Source of the DNA: Myxococcales bacterium
GTDB taxonomy: Bacteria; Myxococcota; Myxococcia; Myxococcales; 40CM-4-68-19
DNA: 32,693 nucleotides
Assembly: GCA_045802765.1 (NCBI GenBank)
Contig: JBJMQJ010000217.1
Span: 1 to 32,693 of the forward strand
Reading direction: 5' to 3'
Part shown: positions 1 through 8,876 of the stretch, in pieces
Position numbering within the stretch: position 1 is the first letter of the stretch
How the letters are laid out: every line of letters begins with the position of its first letter
The notes under the pieces: model-generated
Database searches by the model: none
Seen by the model: only the letters and a program-made list of their open reading frames with translations
Told to the model about the DNA's origin: nothing
Translations under genes and position numbers: made by a program

Positions 1-765
1 CCCCACTTCGTCGAGGAAGAGCGTGCCGCCGTCGGCGAGCTCCCAGGCCCCCAAGCGGCGCTGATCGGCGCCGGTGAACGCGCCGCGCTCGTGGCCGAAC
101 ATCTCGCTCTCCATCAGGCCGGCGGGGATCGCCGAGCAGTTGATGGCGATGAACGGCTTCTCGCGGCGCGGGGAGAGCTGGTGGATGGCGCGCGCGATCA
201 TCTCCTTGCCGGTGCCCGACTGCCCGGTGATGACGACGCTCGCCTTGCTCGGCGCGACCTTCTCGACCAGGTCCATCGCCTTGCGCATCACGGGTGATTG
301 GCCGACGAGGCCCACTCCGGCATCCACCTGGCCCAGGCGGCGCCGCAGCACCTGCATCTCGTGCTCGGTCTCTCTTTTCTCCAGGGCGCGCTGGAGGATC
401 ACCTTGAGGCGCGCCGGATCGAGCGGCTTCTCGACGAAGTCGAAGACGCCTTCGCGCACCGCCTCGACGGCGGCGTCGATGGTCCCCTTGCCGGTGATGA
501 TGATGACCGGCGTGTCCGGCGATTCCTCGCGCAGCGCGCGGGTGAGCGCCAGGCCGTCCAACTTGGGCATCACCAGATCGCTGATGATGACGTCGGGGTG
601 GCGCTCCGCGGTGATCTTCAGGGCATCGTGGCCGTCGCCCGTCTGCTCGACGTCGTAGCCCCAGCGCTGCAGCAGCTCGCCGAAGACCTCGCGGGTGGAC
701 GCATCGTCGTCCACGACGAGGACGCGCGCCTTCAGGCTGCGGATGGGAGTCGTCTCGATGGGCAT
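1..765 (-). CDS. sigma-54-dependent response regulator (NtrC family); C-terminus runs off the window
   Basis: Absent from the ORF track because it is open to the window edge. Reverse translation from ATG at 765-763 gives MPIETTPIRSLKARVLVVDDDASTREVF (receiver domain). Further on come the Walker A SVVITGQSGTGKEMIARAIH (about 181-240) and the sigma-54 contact motif FGHERGAFTGA (about 61-100). 765 nt is exactly 255 codons in frame with position 1. Confidence 0.9.
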   Translation of the reverse strand, partial: MPIETTPIRSLKARVLVVDDDASTREVFGELLQRWGYDVEQTGDGHDALKITAERHPDVIISDLVMPKLDGLALTRALREESPDTPVIIITGKGTIDAAVEAVREGVFDFVEKPLDPARLKVILQRALEKRETEHEMQVLRRRLGQVDAGVGLVGQSPVMRKAMDLVEKVAPSKASVVITGQSGTGKEMIARAIHQLSPRREKPFIAINCSAIPAGLMESEMFGHERGAFTGADQRRLGAWELADGGTLFLDEVG

Positions 766-781
766 GGGGCGGTCGGTTGCC

Positions 782-1465
782 TTACCTCGGATGGGCGAAA
801 GAGAGCGAGAGCCGAGCGGGCGCCGCTGGTGCAAGGTCGGCCGACAGCTCGGCCGCAGCCTCGGATGCCAGGCGGCGCACCGCCTCGAGGTGAGGGGCCG
901 CGTCCTCCCGGCGGGGGGCGCCGCCCTCGCAGCGGAGCTCGAGGCGGGCGCGCGGGCCATCGGCCCCGACGGCGATGTGCAGCGCTCCGTCGCGCGCCAG
1001 CGCGACGGCCGCGAGGAAAGCGTGGCAGACGAGATCGGACAGGAAAGCGGGATCGGCCTGCACCGGCACCGAGGCGGGACCGCGCTGCATCACGGCCACG
1101 CTCCCCCGGCGGGCCTCGGATCCGAAGAGGAGCTGCGCGCGAGAGATCGCCGCCCCCAGGTCGGGCGGCAGGTGCGCGGGCGCCGCGAGATCGGAGAAGG
1201 CCTTGAGCAGGGCATCGACCCTGCCGATCCCGTCGCGCAGCGCCTGCAGGTGCCGCTCCGCCGGGGCGCCCCCGCGGCCCTCTTCGCGCATCTTCTCCGC
1301 GAGCAGCTGAACGTGCAGCACCATGTTGTGCAGCGGGTTCTTGCCCTCGTGGGCGAGCGTCCCGGCCGCCCGCTCGAGCAGCAGCGCGCGCTCCGGGGAC
1401 ACCGCGGGCAGATGTGAATTCGCCGCCACGCGCCGAGTAATTGGCCTGCGGGGGCCTGAGGTCAA
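782..1465 (-). CDS. soluble histidine-kinase-like protein with an intact H-box but degenerate ATP-binding boxes
   Basis: Track ORF of 227 aa. H-box is LAHEGKNPLHNMVLHVQLL. No hydrophobic TM stretch and no PAS/GAF-like N-terminus. The stop lies 16 nt upstream of the NtrC-type gene on the same strand. The exact start is uncertain. Confidence 0.7.
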   Translation of the reverse strand: MTSGPRRPITRRVAANSHLPAVSPERALLLERAAGTLAHEGKNPLHNMVLHVQLLAEKMREEGRGGAPAERHLQALRDGIGRVDALLKAFSDLAAPAHLPPDLGAAISRAQLLFGSEARRGSVAVMQRGPASVPVQADPAFLSDLVCHAFLAAVALARDGALHIAVGADGPRARLELRCEGGAPRREDAAPHLEAVRRLASEAAAELSADLAPAAPARLSLSFAHPR

Positions 1466-1513
1466 GCCTGGGATCGCGGACTTTCCGTTGCCAAACGCTG
1501 CGCCACGGCGGCG

Positions 1514-4500
1514 CTACGGCGTAGTGACCTGCTCTGTCGACGGCCCGACCGCGCTGCCGCCGACGAGCACCAGCACGTTCTGTGCCGGTGAGTACGCGGC
1601 AGCCGCCCTCGACCGTTGCAGCTGCAAGCCAGGCCCCAAGCCGAAGGTCAGCGCGAGTGCCGCCGGATCGAAGATCTCCGTCGTTTTCAGGGCAATCAAT
1701 CCATCGGTGCCGCCCGCGAGCAGCACCTTGCCGTCCGCAAAAGCCGCCGCGGCATGATTCGAGCGCGGAGTCGCGAGGTCGTTCCCGATAGACGCACGGG
1801 TGGTCGTCGGGAAGGTGTTCGTGGAAGGGTCATAGACTTCCCACGTCTTGCCAGCGACCGAGGTGCCTCCCGCGATGAGAACGCAGGAGTTCGTCGCCGA
1901 ACCGGTCGGACATGCTGTCGTAGCAACACTCGAAGTGAGGACCGTGGCGGTATGGCCGACTCGTATGACGAGCATTCCGCCCGTGATCGCCGCGACAGTG
2001 CTCGGAGCGCCGAGGGTGAACAGGTCTGCCGTAGCGGTCGCGGCTCCGCCCGCGAGCAAGACCTTGCCAGTTCCGACGACGGTGGCCGTGAGCAGGCGCC
2101 GCCGGACCTTGAGATTGTTCGCGCCATTATTGCTGACCAGGGTAGTCGGCGCCGTACTGTCCCACAGGTCCCAAGTGTCCACTCCTGTCGCACCCGCGCA
2201 AATGTCGCCGCCGGCGACGAGCACCTGCGTCGCACTGACGAGCGCGGCCGCGGCATTGCAGCGCGAGGTCGCCACCGTCCCTCCCGTGGATGCGCACGAG
2301 GGCGTGGGGTCGTTCAGGCTACAGAGCTCGAATTCCGTGAAGCCGGTCGCGCCAGACTTGCCTCCGGCAACGAGGACCTGGCCGCCCCCGATGGGCGTGG
2401 CGGTGTGGAATGCGCGTGCAAAAGCCAGCGCGGGACCAGCCGCGAGCGACGAGTCCGCGGGGTTGTAGAACCAGGTGTTCGAGCGCGGGTTCGTGCCCGC
2501 AGCGACGAGGCTACCCCCGGAAATGAAAATCTGACCGTCTTTCGCGCCCCCGGAGACCGCCGTCGCCGTCATGCCGAATCCGAGCGGACCCGCGTTCACC
2601 ACGATTCCCGCTTGGCTGCCGGTGACGGCCCCGTTCACGGCGTCGTTCACGGCGATCGACGCCGCGCCGTCCGTCGCGTTCAGGATGACGGCCGAAAACG
2701 TATGCGCGCCGACGTCGCTCGCGGTGAAATCATGGTCGAGCGGCAAGATTGCGGTCCCGTCCGAGGAGCTGAAATGGACGGTGCCGCGATAAGTCATCGC
2801 GGTGCTGTCGTCTGCATTTTGCGCACTGACGATCACGGACCCTGGCGTCCCTGCGAACACCGGATTCGGGAAGCCTGTTACGCGCAGCTTGGTCGCGCCG
2901 GGATCCACGGCGATCCCGGTCTCGCTGCCGGTGATGCTCGTCGCCACCGTATCGGTCGCGCTGATGAAATAGCTCGGCGGGCTCGCCTTCTTGAGAATCA
3001 CACCACTGAAGGTCTGCGTCCCGTCGTCGCCACCGATTCCGGTAAAGGTGTAGTCTACCGGAAGGATGGCGTTCGGGTTGTCGGAGGCGAAGGTGATCGT
3101 GCCCGTGTAGGCTGGCGTCGGGTTGTCGTTGGCGTCCTGCGCGCTGACGGTCACCGTGCCCGGCGTTCCTCCGAATACGGTACTCGGGAAGCCCGTCACC
3201 AGCAGCTTGGTGGTCGCGCCGGCATTCACGACGATCCCGGTCTGGCTGCCCGTGATTGTCCCATCGGTCGCCGTGATCGAGTAGCTCGGCGGGCTCGCTT
3301 TCTTGAGGACCACTCCCGCAAAGGTGTGCGCCCCGTCGTCTCCCCCGATTCCGGTGAACGTGTAGGATCCCGGCAGGGTCCTGCTGGGATTCGTCGAGCT
3401 GAACTGGACGGTACCGGTGTACGCAGGCGTGATGTTGCCATTCGCGTCCGCCGCGGTGACCGTCAGCGTGCCGCCGGTATCGGCGCTGGCCGGACTGGGG
3501 AAGCCGGTCAGCAAGAGCTGGCTCGCCGCCCCCGGGTTCACGGTAATTCCGCTCTGATTGCCGGTAATGGCCGCATTCACCGTGTCGGTGACGGTAATCG
3601 AAAATGTCGGCGGGCTCGCCTTCTTGAGATGTACACCGCTGAAGGTGTGCACTCCGGCGTCGCCCCCGTTCCCGGTAAAGGCGTACTCGCCCGGCAGGCT
3701 CGCGTTGCCGTTCGTAGACGTGAACTGCACGGTGCCGGTGTACGCCGGCGTGGTATTGTTATTCGCGTCCTTGGCGGTGACCGTCACCGAACCGCCGATA
3801 TCGGCGCTCGCGGGGCTAGGATAGCTGGTCACGAGCAGATTGGTCGTCGCACCGGGGTTGACGAGGATACCCGCCTGGGTGCCCGTAATCGAGCCGTCGG
3901 CCGCGGTCACCGACCGTGCGCCGGCGGTTTTCAGCGTGACCGAGAACTGATGAATTCCGGAGTCGTCAGCCGAGAACGTGTACGTGGTCGGGAGCGTAGC
4001 CGCGCCGTCGCTCGAGGCGAACGTCACGGTGCCGCGGTACGCCGTGGCGACGTTCCCGTACTGATCCTTCGCGGTCAACGTGAAAGCCTGCGCATCACCA
4101 GCGGTGATCGACGTAGGGCCGCCGAGCGCGAGCTGTGTGGCGCTGTCGGGAAGTCCGGTCGCGGTGAAAGTCTGGCCCGCGACACCGGAGCCCGTCACGC
4201 CGAAGGAGTTCACACCGGCCACGGTGCCTACGGTCGCCGTGATCGAGGCCTTCCCGTCGGGACTGGTCGTCGCCGTTCCAATCGAAACCTGGCCGGTGCC
4301 CGCGGTTACGGCCCACGCGAGGCCGAAGCTCGCCACCGCATTGCCGTTCGTGTCGGATACCTTGACCACCAGCGGCTGCGTCAGAGCTGTTCCGACCACG
4401 GCGGTCTGGGCGTTGCCCGAGACCACGTCGATCCGGGCGGCCGCGGCGTTATCCACGCAGAAACCGGCGGCGCTACAGGTCGGATAGTCGCTCGGGCAGT

Positions 4501-4633
4501 TGCTCGTATCGCGGCACGGAATCTTTCCGATCTCGTTGACGCTGCAGGCAAACCCCGCCGCGGCGAGCGCAAGCGCGCAGCACAAGCTTCGCAAGTCGTT
4601 CCAGCGGATCGGCATCTGCGTCATACGCTCCAC
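1514..4633 (-). CDS. large secreted or lipoprotein adhesin-like protein: Cys-rich N-terminus, Big-like domain, five tandem Ig-like repeats, C-terminal Kelch-type beta-propeller
   Basis: Track ORF of 1039 aa. Signal-like N-terminus is SLCCALALAAAGFAC. VSGNAQTAVVGTALTQPLVVKVSDTNGNAV is Big-domain-like. Repeated ~98-107-aa units carry TPAYTGTVQF..LP..YTFTG.GGD.G.HTF.GV.LKKASPP. The C-terminal third has repeated VLVAGG / VLLAGG Kelch blade motifs. The track start is GTG 4633. ATG at 4624 or 4615 (MPIRWNDL...) is equally possible. Confidence 0.85.
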   Translation of the reverse strand: MERMTQMPIRWNDLRSLCCALALAAAGFACSVNEIGKIPCRDTSNCPSDYPTCSAAGFCVDNAAAARIDVVSGNAQTAVVGTALTQPLVVKVSDTNGNAVASFGLAWAVTAGTGQVSIGTATTSPDGKASITATVGTVAGVNSFGVTGSGVAGQTFTATGLPDSATQLALGGPTSITAGDAQAFTLTAKDQYGNVATAYRGTVTFASSDGAATLPTTYTFSADDSGIHQFSVTLKTAGARSVTAADGSITGTQAGILVNPGATTNLLVTSYPSPASADIGGSVTVTAKDANNNTTPAYTGTVQFTSTNGNASLPGEYAFTGNGGDAGVHTFSGVHLKKASPPTFSITVTDTVNAAITGNQSGITVNPGAASQLLLTGFPSPASADTGGTLTVTAADANGNITPAYTGTVQFSSTNPSRTLPGSYTFTGIGGDDGAHTFAGVVLKKASPPSYSITATDGTITGSQTGIVVNAGATTKLLVTGFPSTVFGGTPGTVTVSAQDANDNPTPAYTGTITFASDNPNAILPVDYTFTGIGGDDGTQTFSGVILKKASPPSYFISATDTVATSITGSETGIAVDPGATKLRVTGFPNPVFAGTPGSVIVSAQNADDSTAMTYRGTVHFSSSDGTAILPLDHDFTASDVGAHTFSAVILNATDGAASIAVNDAVNGAVTGSQAGIVVNAGPLGFGMTATAVSGGAKDGQIFISGGSLVAAGTNPRSNTWFYNPADSSLAAGPALAFARAFHTATPIGGGQVLVAGGKSGATGFTEFELCSLNDPTPSCASTGGTVATSRCNAAAALVSATQVLVAGGDICAGATGVDTWDLWDSTAPTTLVSNNGANNLKVRRRLLTATVVGTGKVLLAGGAATATADLFTLGAPSTVAAITGGMLVIRVGHTATVLTSSVATTACPTGSATNSCVLIAGGTSVAGKTWEVYDPSTNTFPTTTRASIGNDLATPRSNHAAAAFADGKVLLAGGTDGLIALKTTEIFDPAALALTFGLGPGLQLQRSRAAAAYSPAQNVLVLVGGSAVGPSTEQVTTP
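2588..4147 (-). repeat. five tandem in-gene repeats (about 295-321 bp each) encoding Ig-like domains
   Basis: Protein residues 163-682 by my count. The DNA-level core ggcgggctcgc(c/t)ttcttgag (encoding KKASPP on the minus strand) recurs at about 2975, 3287 and 3608, giving spacings of 312 and 321 bp. The outer two units are more diverged. Confidence 0.8.
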
Positions 4634-4690
4634 TCAAGCGGCGGGTCCAACCGCCGCGACAGGTCGCGCCAGGCGTTCTGGATGCGAGGT

Positions 4691-5656
4691 TCAGAAGGCA
4701 AAGAGCGCTGCCGAGACACCGGCCGCGACCAGGCCCCCCGCGAGCCCGACGAAGCTCAGCGTCTTGTACTGCTTCTCGGAATCGAGCAGCGATTTCGCCG
4801 CCGGCCCGTCGTGGACCGAGCCCGTCAGATCGCTCTGCGTGCTCGACGCCTTGCTGTACGCGAGCGCGCCTCCGCCCAGAGCGACGACCGCCACGCCGGC
4901 GGCGACCCAGGCGACGGTGCGGCGGGCGCCACTCGCCGCGGGCGCGGGCCGCGGCGCTTCCGCCATGATTGCATCGACCGGCGCCTTGCGCGGCTCCGTC
5001 GGCGGCGGGGGCGTGGCGACCGCCGGCTTCGCTGCGGCGGATGGCGCGGTGGCTGCGAGTGTCTGGGCCGGCTTTCCGGCCGGAGGTTGCGCAGCCGGAG
5101 GCGGCTGTTTCTTCGCTGGATCGGTGGGCGCAATGCCGCGCAGATCGGGGAGCGCAAGCGCCAGGTCGGTCTTCTTCGTTCCGGCGGCAGTCTTCGCGGC
5201 GGGCAACTCGAGCTCTGGGAGAGGCAGAGGCGCCAGCGCCGCCGCGTCGAGGGGAGGCAGCGATGGAGCCGCGGCGACTCGTCTATCCTTCGGGTCCGCG
5301 GGTGCCGGAAGGTCGAGCGCCATCGCAGCGCCGGCCGCCCGCCCGTCGAGCGCCGCGATCTTCGCCTTCACGCGCGCCGCATTGGCCGGCAGCGCGAGCG
5401 GGTCGGCGAGGTACGCTTGGTATTGCTTGCGCGCCTCGGCCTTGTTGCCCAGATGCGAGTACGCGTCGCCGATCCCGATCAGGTACTCCGCATTGATCTC
5501 CATGCGGTATGCCGCCTGCCATTCGCGCAGGGCCTTGCGCCATTCGGAGCGCTTCTCGGCGGCGCGCGCGGCGGCGACGTGCTGGCGGGGCGTCTCTGCG
5601 CGGATCGGAGCGGACACCGCTAGCACGAGCGCCACGGCCCACGATCGCGCGACCAT
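4691..5656 (-). CDS. TPR-like secreted/membrane-anchored protein with a Pro/Ala-rich linker and C-terminal TM segments
   Basis: Track ORF 4691..5737. I prefer the internal ATG at 5656 (MVARSWAVALVLAVSAPIRAE, signal-peptide-like). The TPR-like stretch is EWRKALREWQAAYRMEINAEYLIGIGDAYSHLGNKAEARKQYQAYL. A long P/A-rich region follows. C-terminal hydrophobic segments are VAWVAAGVAVVALGGGALAY and LSFVGLAGGLVAAGVSAALFAF. Confidence 0.7.
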   Translation of the reverse strand: MVARSWAVALVLAVSAPIRAETPRQHVAAARAAEKRSEWRKALREWQAAYRMEINAEYLIGIGDAYSHLGNKAEARKQYQAYLADPLALPANAARVKAKIAALDGRAAGAAMALDLPAPADPKDRRVAAAPSLPPLDAAALAPLPLPELELPAAKTAAGTKKTDLALALPDLRGIAPTDPAKKQPPPAAQPPAGKPAQTLAATAPSAAAKPAVATPPPPTEPRKAPVDAIMAEAPRPAPAASGARRTVAWVAAGVAVVALGGGALAYSKASSTQSDLTGSVHDGPAAKSLLDSEKQYKTLSFVGLAGGLVAAGVSAALFAF

Positions 5657-5738
5657 CCGCTTGCCCCCTCGCCGAGCGGGGGAGAAACCCAGCGCTCGGC
5701 TGCTGCGACCTTTCCCCGCACCCGGGGGTGGTGTCAAG

Positions 5739-6197
5739 TTATGAGCTTTTCACCGACTGCCGCGCCGAAGCACCCGATTCTCCCGAGAGATCCACGAGCG
5801 AGATCCCTAGCCGGCGGGCGACGTCGAAGATGCGGTCGTCGCGGTAGAATTCCGCGTACACGACGCGCTTGATGCCCGCGTTCGCGATGAGCTTGAAGCA
5901 CGGCCAGCAGGGGCTCGCGGTGGTGTACAGGTCGGCGCCGTCGATGCGCACGCCGTTGCGGGCGGCCTGCAGCACCGAGTTCGCCTCGGCGTGGATGGTC
6001 GCGACGCAATGGCCGCCTTCCATCAGGTGCCCGACGTCGTCGCAGTGGGGCATCCCGCGGATCGAACCGTTGTAGCCCGTGGAGAGGATCATGCGGTCGC
6101 GCACCAGCAGCGCTCCGACGTGCTTGCGATCGCACGTCGAGCGCGAGGAGACGACCCGCGCGATCTCCATGAAGTAGGTGTCCCAGTCGGCGCGCAT
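5739..6197 (-). CDS. deoxycytidylate (dCMP) deaminase, ComEB/CDA zinc-deaminase family
   Basis: 152 aa. It begins MRADWDTYFMEIARVVSSRSTCDRKHVGALLV. The zinc motifs are HAE (TIHAEANS) and PCWPC. Confidence 0.9.
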   Translation of the reverse strand: MRADWDTYFMEIARVVSSRSTCDRKHVGALLVRDRMILSTGYNGSIRGMPHCDDVGHLMEGGHCVATIHAEANSVLQAARNGVRIDGADLYTTASPCWPCFKLIANAGIKRVVYAEFYRDDRIFDVARRLGISLVDLSGESGASARQSVKSS

Positions 6198-6218
6198 GCG
6201 CGCGATTGTAGCGCGGCG

Positions 6219-7073
6219 CTACAGGCGCGGCGCGCGGGGGCGCGGGGGAAGGGTCGAGCGCCGGGGAGACCCGGCCGCCATCGGGCGCCGGTCCGCGCGC
6301 GAGTCGACCGGCAGCGGCTCCTCGATCCCGGCCAGCCTGGCGAGCCCGGCGCGCGCGAGAAAGGCGCGCAGCTTGCCGGGAGGCGCGAGGAACGTCTCCC
6401 CCGGCATCGGCACGTCGAAGGAGAAGTCGTTCCCGGCGACGCCGCCGAAGGCGACCTTGGCGGTGCGATAGCCCTCGACCAGGCCGACCAGCTTGCCCGA
6501 GGGGATGCTGAACACGCCTCCCCCGGAAGCGCCGTACCCGATGGGCGCGTCGGTCTTCATGCTGCGCTGGAGTCGCGAATCGGCCTCGTCGACCTCGAGC
6601 TGGCTGACGATGCCCGAGCTGACGCTCAAGGATCTGCCGTAGGGCGCCCCGACCACGACGACGTCGTCGCCCACTTGCACGTCGTCCTCGGCGGCGATGG
6701 CGACCGGGGTGAGCTGCTCGGGAATGGTGAGGAGCGCCAGATCCTCGTCGGGGACCTCGCCTTCGGAAACGAGCTTCGCCTCGAGGCGGTGGAGCTTCGG
6801 GCGCTCGACCACCACCAGGAAGGTGGCCGATCCGCGCAGACCTTCGCGCTGCACCACGTGCTGGTTGGTGAGCACGTAGCTGTGCCCGTCCTCGGCGGCG
6901 ACGATCACGCCGCTGGCGGCGCGGACCAGCTTGCCGGCGACCTGCACCTCGACCCGGACGCTCTGGCGCAGGGCCTTCTGCACCACGCGCGACTTCTCGC
7001 TGCGGGCCTGCGCCGCGGCGGGGAGGCCGAGCGCGACGGCCGCGAGGGCGGCGAGCAGGCGATTCCACCTCAC
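6219..7073 (-). CDS. trypsin-like (S1/DegP-type) serine protease, secreted, no PDZ domain
   Basis: Catalytic triad contexts are TNQHVV (His), DLALL (Asp) and GASGGGV (Ser). I prefer GTG at 7073 (VRWNRLLAALAAVALGLPAAAQA, signal peptide), which has GGGAG about 8 nt upstream. The track ORF extends to 7178. Confidence 0.8.
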   Translation of the reverse strand: MRWNRLLAALAAVALGLPAAAQARSEKSRVVQKALRQSVRVEVQVAGKLVRAASGVIVAAEDGHSYVLTNQHVVQREGLRGSATFLVVVERPKLHRLEAKLVSEGEVPDEDLALLTIPEQLTPVAIAAEDDVQVGDDVVVVGAPYGRSLSVSSGIVSQLEVDEADSRLQRSMKTDAPIGYGASGGGVFSIPSGKLVGLVEGYRTAKVAFGGVAGNDFSFDVPMPGETFLAPPGKLRAFLARAGLARLAGIEEPLPVDSRADRRPMAAGSPRRSTLPPRPRAPRL

Positions 7074-7144
7074 CAAGGTAGGCTCCCTCTCCCCGCGCGG
7101 CCGGATTGCCGCGCCTGCACCATGTGAAACAGTACGCGACGATC

Positions 7145-7157
7145 TTCGGATTCCGAA
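7145..7157. promoter_or_regulatory. perfect 6-1-6 palindrome TTCGGA-T-TCCGAA in a divergent promoter region
   Basis: Read directly from the sequence. It lies in the 125-bp gap between the protease start (7073, minus) and the HK start (7199, plus), next to the only AT-rich patch (gaaatttt). It is a candidate operator for the adjacent LuxR-type regulator, but function is not demonstrated. Confidence 0.3.
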
Positions 7158-7198
7158 ATTTTGCCGGCCTGCGCACATGTAGGTGGCCCGCGCGTGAA

Positions 7199-8233
7199 AT
7201 GCGCCGGTGTCTTCCTCCCAGCCTCGGACAGCAGTACGGTGGGAGCGTGCTGAAACGGTACAAACCCACGATCACCATCGTGGTGGGGTTCCTGCTGGGC
7301 CTGTTGCTGGCGACGCTCGACAAGATGTTCCCGCCGCGCAGCTCGGGTGGTCCGATCGCGGTGATCGCCGTCATCGTCGACTGGACCGCGCCACCCCTGG
7401 CCGGTGCGCTGGTCGCCGCCGCGCTCCTCGTCGCGCAACGCTACAAACGGCTCCACGACGCGGAGCGCGCCGCTTCCCGCGTCCTGGCGGAGCGCCTGAC
7501 GGGCACCGAGCGCCGCCAGGCGCTGTGGGTGGTCGCGGCGGCGATCGCCCACGACCTGAAGAACCCGCTGCACAACCTGCAGCTCCTGATGGAGGAGCTG
7601 GACGAGGAATCCGATCCCGCCAAGCGCGCAGAGTTGATCGGGCGCCTCCGCGAGAACGTGGATCGCGCCTCCGGCCGGGTTTCCGAGCTGTCCCGCGCCG
7701 GCAGGGCGCCCGAGGAAGTGCAAGAGCCCGTCGACCTCGTCACCGCGCTGCAGGAGCTGCAGAAGCGCGTGGCGAGCGCGGCGCATGTGACGGGGACCGA
7801 GATCCTGGTGGAATGCCCGCGCGGCCTGGCCGTGCGCGCGGACGCCCTCGCGGTGCGCAGCGCGGTCGAGAACGTCGTCGCCAATGCGTTGGAGGCCCTG
7901 CAGCAGAACGGGTCCGGCGGCAAGCTGACGGTGCGCGCGCGCCAGCTGGGCGGCTCCTTGGTGGAGCTGACCGTCGAGGACAACGGACCGGGCATCCCCG
8001 AGGACGTGCGCCCGCGGCTCTTCACGCCCTTCGCGTCGGGCCGGGAAAGCACCGGGCTCGGGCTGGCCATCGCCCGCGCGCTGGCTCGCGCCAGCGGCGG
8101 CGAGCTGATCTGCGCCGACGCCCGGGCGGGACATACGTGCTTCCGCTTCACGTTCCAGGGCCCCGGGCCGCGCGTGCCCTCCGACCAACGCCGCTTGCCC
8201 CAGGGACAGCCAACCGAGAGGATGGACGCGTGA
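7199..8233 (+). CDS. membrane sensor histidine kinase (2 TM, HisKA + HATPase_c)
   Basis: TM stretches are ITIVVGFLLGLLLATL and IAVIAVIVDWTAPPLAGALVAAALLV. H-box is AHDLKNPLHN, N-box VENVVANALEAL, G1 EDNGPGI and G2 GLGLAIA. The track ORF starts at TTG 7106. I prefer ATG 7199, though the start remains uncertain. Confidence 0.85.
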   Translation: MRRCLPPSLGQQYGGSVLKRYKPTITIVVGFLLGLLLATLDKMFPPRSSGGPIAVIAVIVDWTAPPLAGALVAAALLVAQRYKRLHDAERAASRVLAERLTGTERRQALWVVAAAIAHDLKNPLHNLQLLMEELDEESDPAKRAELIGRLRENVDRASGRVSELSRAGRAPEEVQEPVDLVTALQELQKRVASAAHVTGTEILVECPRGLAVRADALAVRSAVENVVANALEALQQNGSGGKLTVRARQLGGSLVELTVEDNGPGIPEDVRPRLFTPFASGRESTGLGLAIARALARASGGELICADARAGHTCFRFTFQGPGPRVPSDQRRLPQGQPTERMDA

Positions 8234-8853
8234 CTACCTCCGAAGCCCCCGCCCGGGCGCCGAGCCCGCGGCTGCTCTTGCTCGTCGAGGACGAGGCCGA
8301 CGCGCGCACCATCCTGGCGCGGCGCCTCCAGGCGTTCGGGTGGAACTGCCTCGCGCACCCGAGCGTGGAGACCGCTCTTCGCGATCCACAGCTGCGCTAC
8401 GTCGAGGCGGTGGTCGCGGACGTCGTCCTTGGCGAGGGCCGGATGAGCGGCATCGAGCTGATCCCCGCCTTGCGCAAGGAGGAGGTCCGCGCGCCCGTCG
8501 TGCTCGTGACCGCCTTCGCGGACCAGCAGCGCGTGAAGGACGCGCTCAACGCCGGGGCCGCCTACCTGCTGGAAAAGCCGTTCACCACCGAGGCGCTCCG
8601 CGGGGTGCTCGACAAGGTGACCAGCGTGGACGTCGACCTGGCGAAGCTGGTGAACAAGGCGCTCTCGCGGGCGCGGCTCACCCGCAAGGAGGAGGAGGTC
8701 GCGCGCCTCGTCCTCAAAGGTCTCACCTCGGCCGAGATCGGCGCGATGATGGGCAACTCGGAGAAGACCATCAAGCAGCATCTGACGCAGGTGTACGCGA
8801 AGCTCGGCGTGGCGGGCCGCGCCGAATTCTTCCACCTCGTCTTCCCCAGCTAG
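8230..8853 (+). CDS. response regulator, NarL/FixJ family (receiver + LuxR-type HTH)
   Basis: GTG start overlaps the kinase stop (GTGA at 8230-8233). The receiver reads RLLLLVEDEADARTIL...VVADVVL. The C-terminal HTH reads LTRKEEEVARLVLKGLTSAEIGAMMGNSEKTIKQHLTQVYAKLGV. Confidence 0.9.
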   Translation: MTTSEAPARAPSPRLLLLVEDEADARTILARRLQAFGWNCLAHPSVETALRDPQLRYVEAVVADVVLGEGRMSGIELIPALRKEEVRAPVVLVTAFADQQRVKDALNAGAAYLLEKPFTTEALRGVLDKVTSVDVDLAKLVNKALSRARLTRKEEEVARLVLKGLTSAEIGAMMGNSEKTIKQHLTQVYAKLGVAGRAEFFHLVFPS

Positions 8854-8876
8854 CGCCTCTCCGGCCGAAACGATCG

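Noticed and set aside
1616-5623. 1335-aa plus-strand ORF, the longest in the track
   Set aside because: It is antisense to the well-supported Ig/Kelch protein and the TPR gene. The translation is Arg/Gly/Asp-rich low-complexity sequence with no recognisable motif. That is typical of open off-frames in high-GC DNA.
5734-7374. 546-aa minus ORF spanning the deaminase and protease region
   Set aside because: It is an alternative frame of two genes that have clear catalytic motifs. Its composition is Arg/Gly/Pro-rich.
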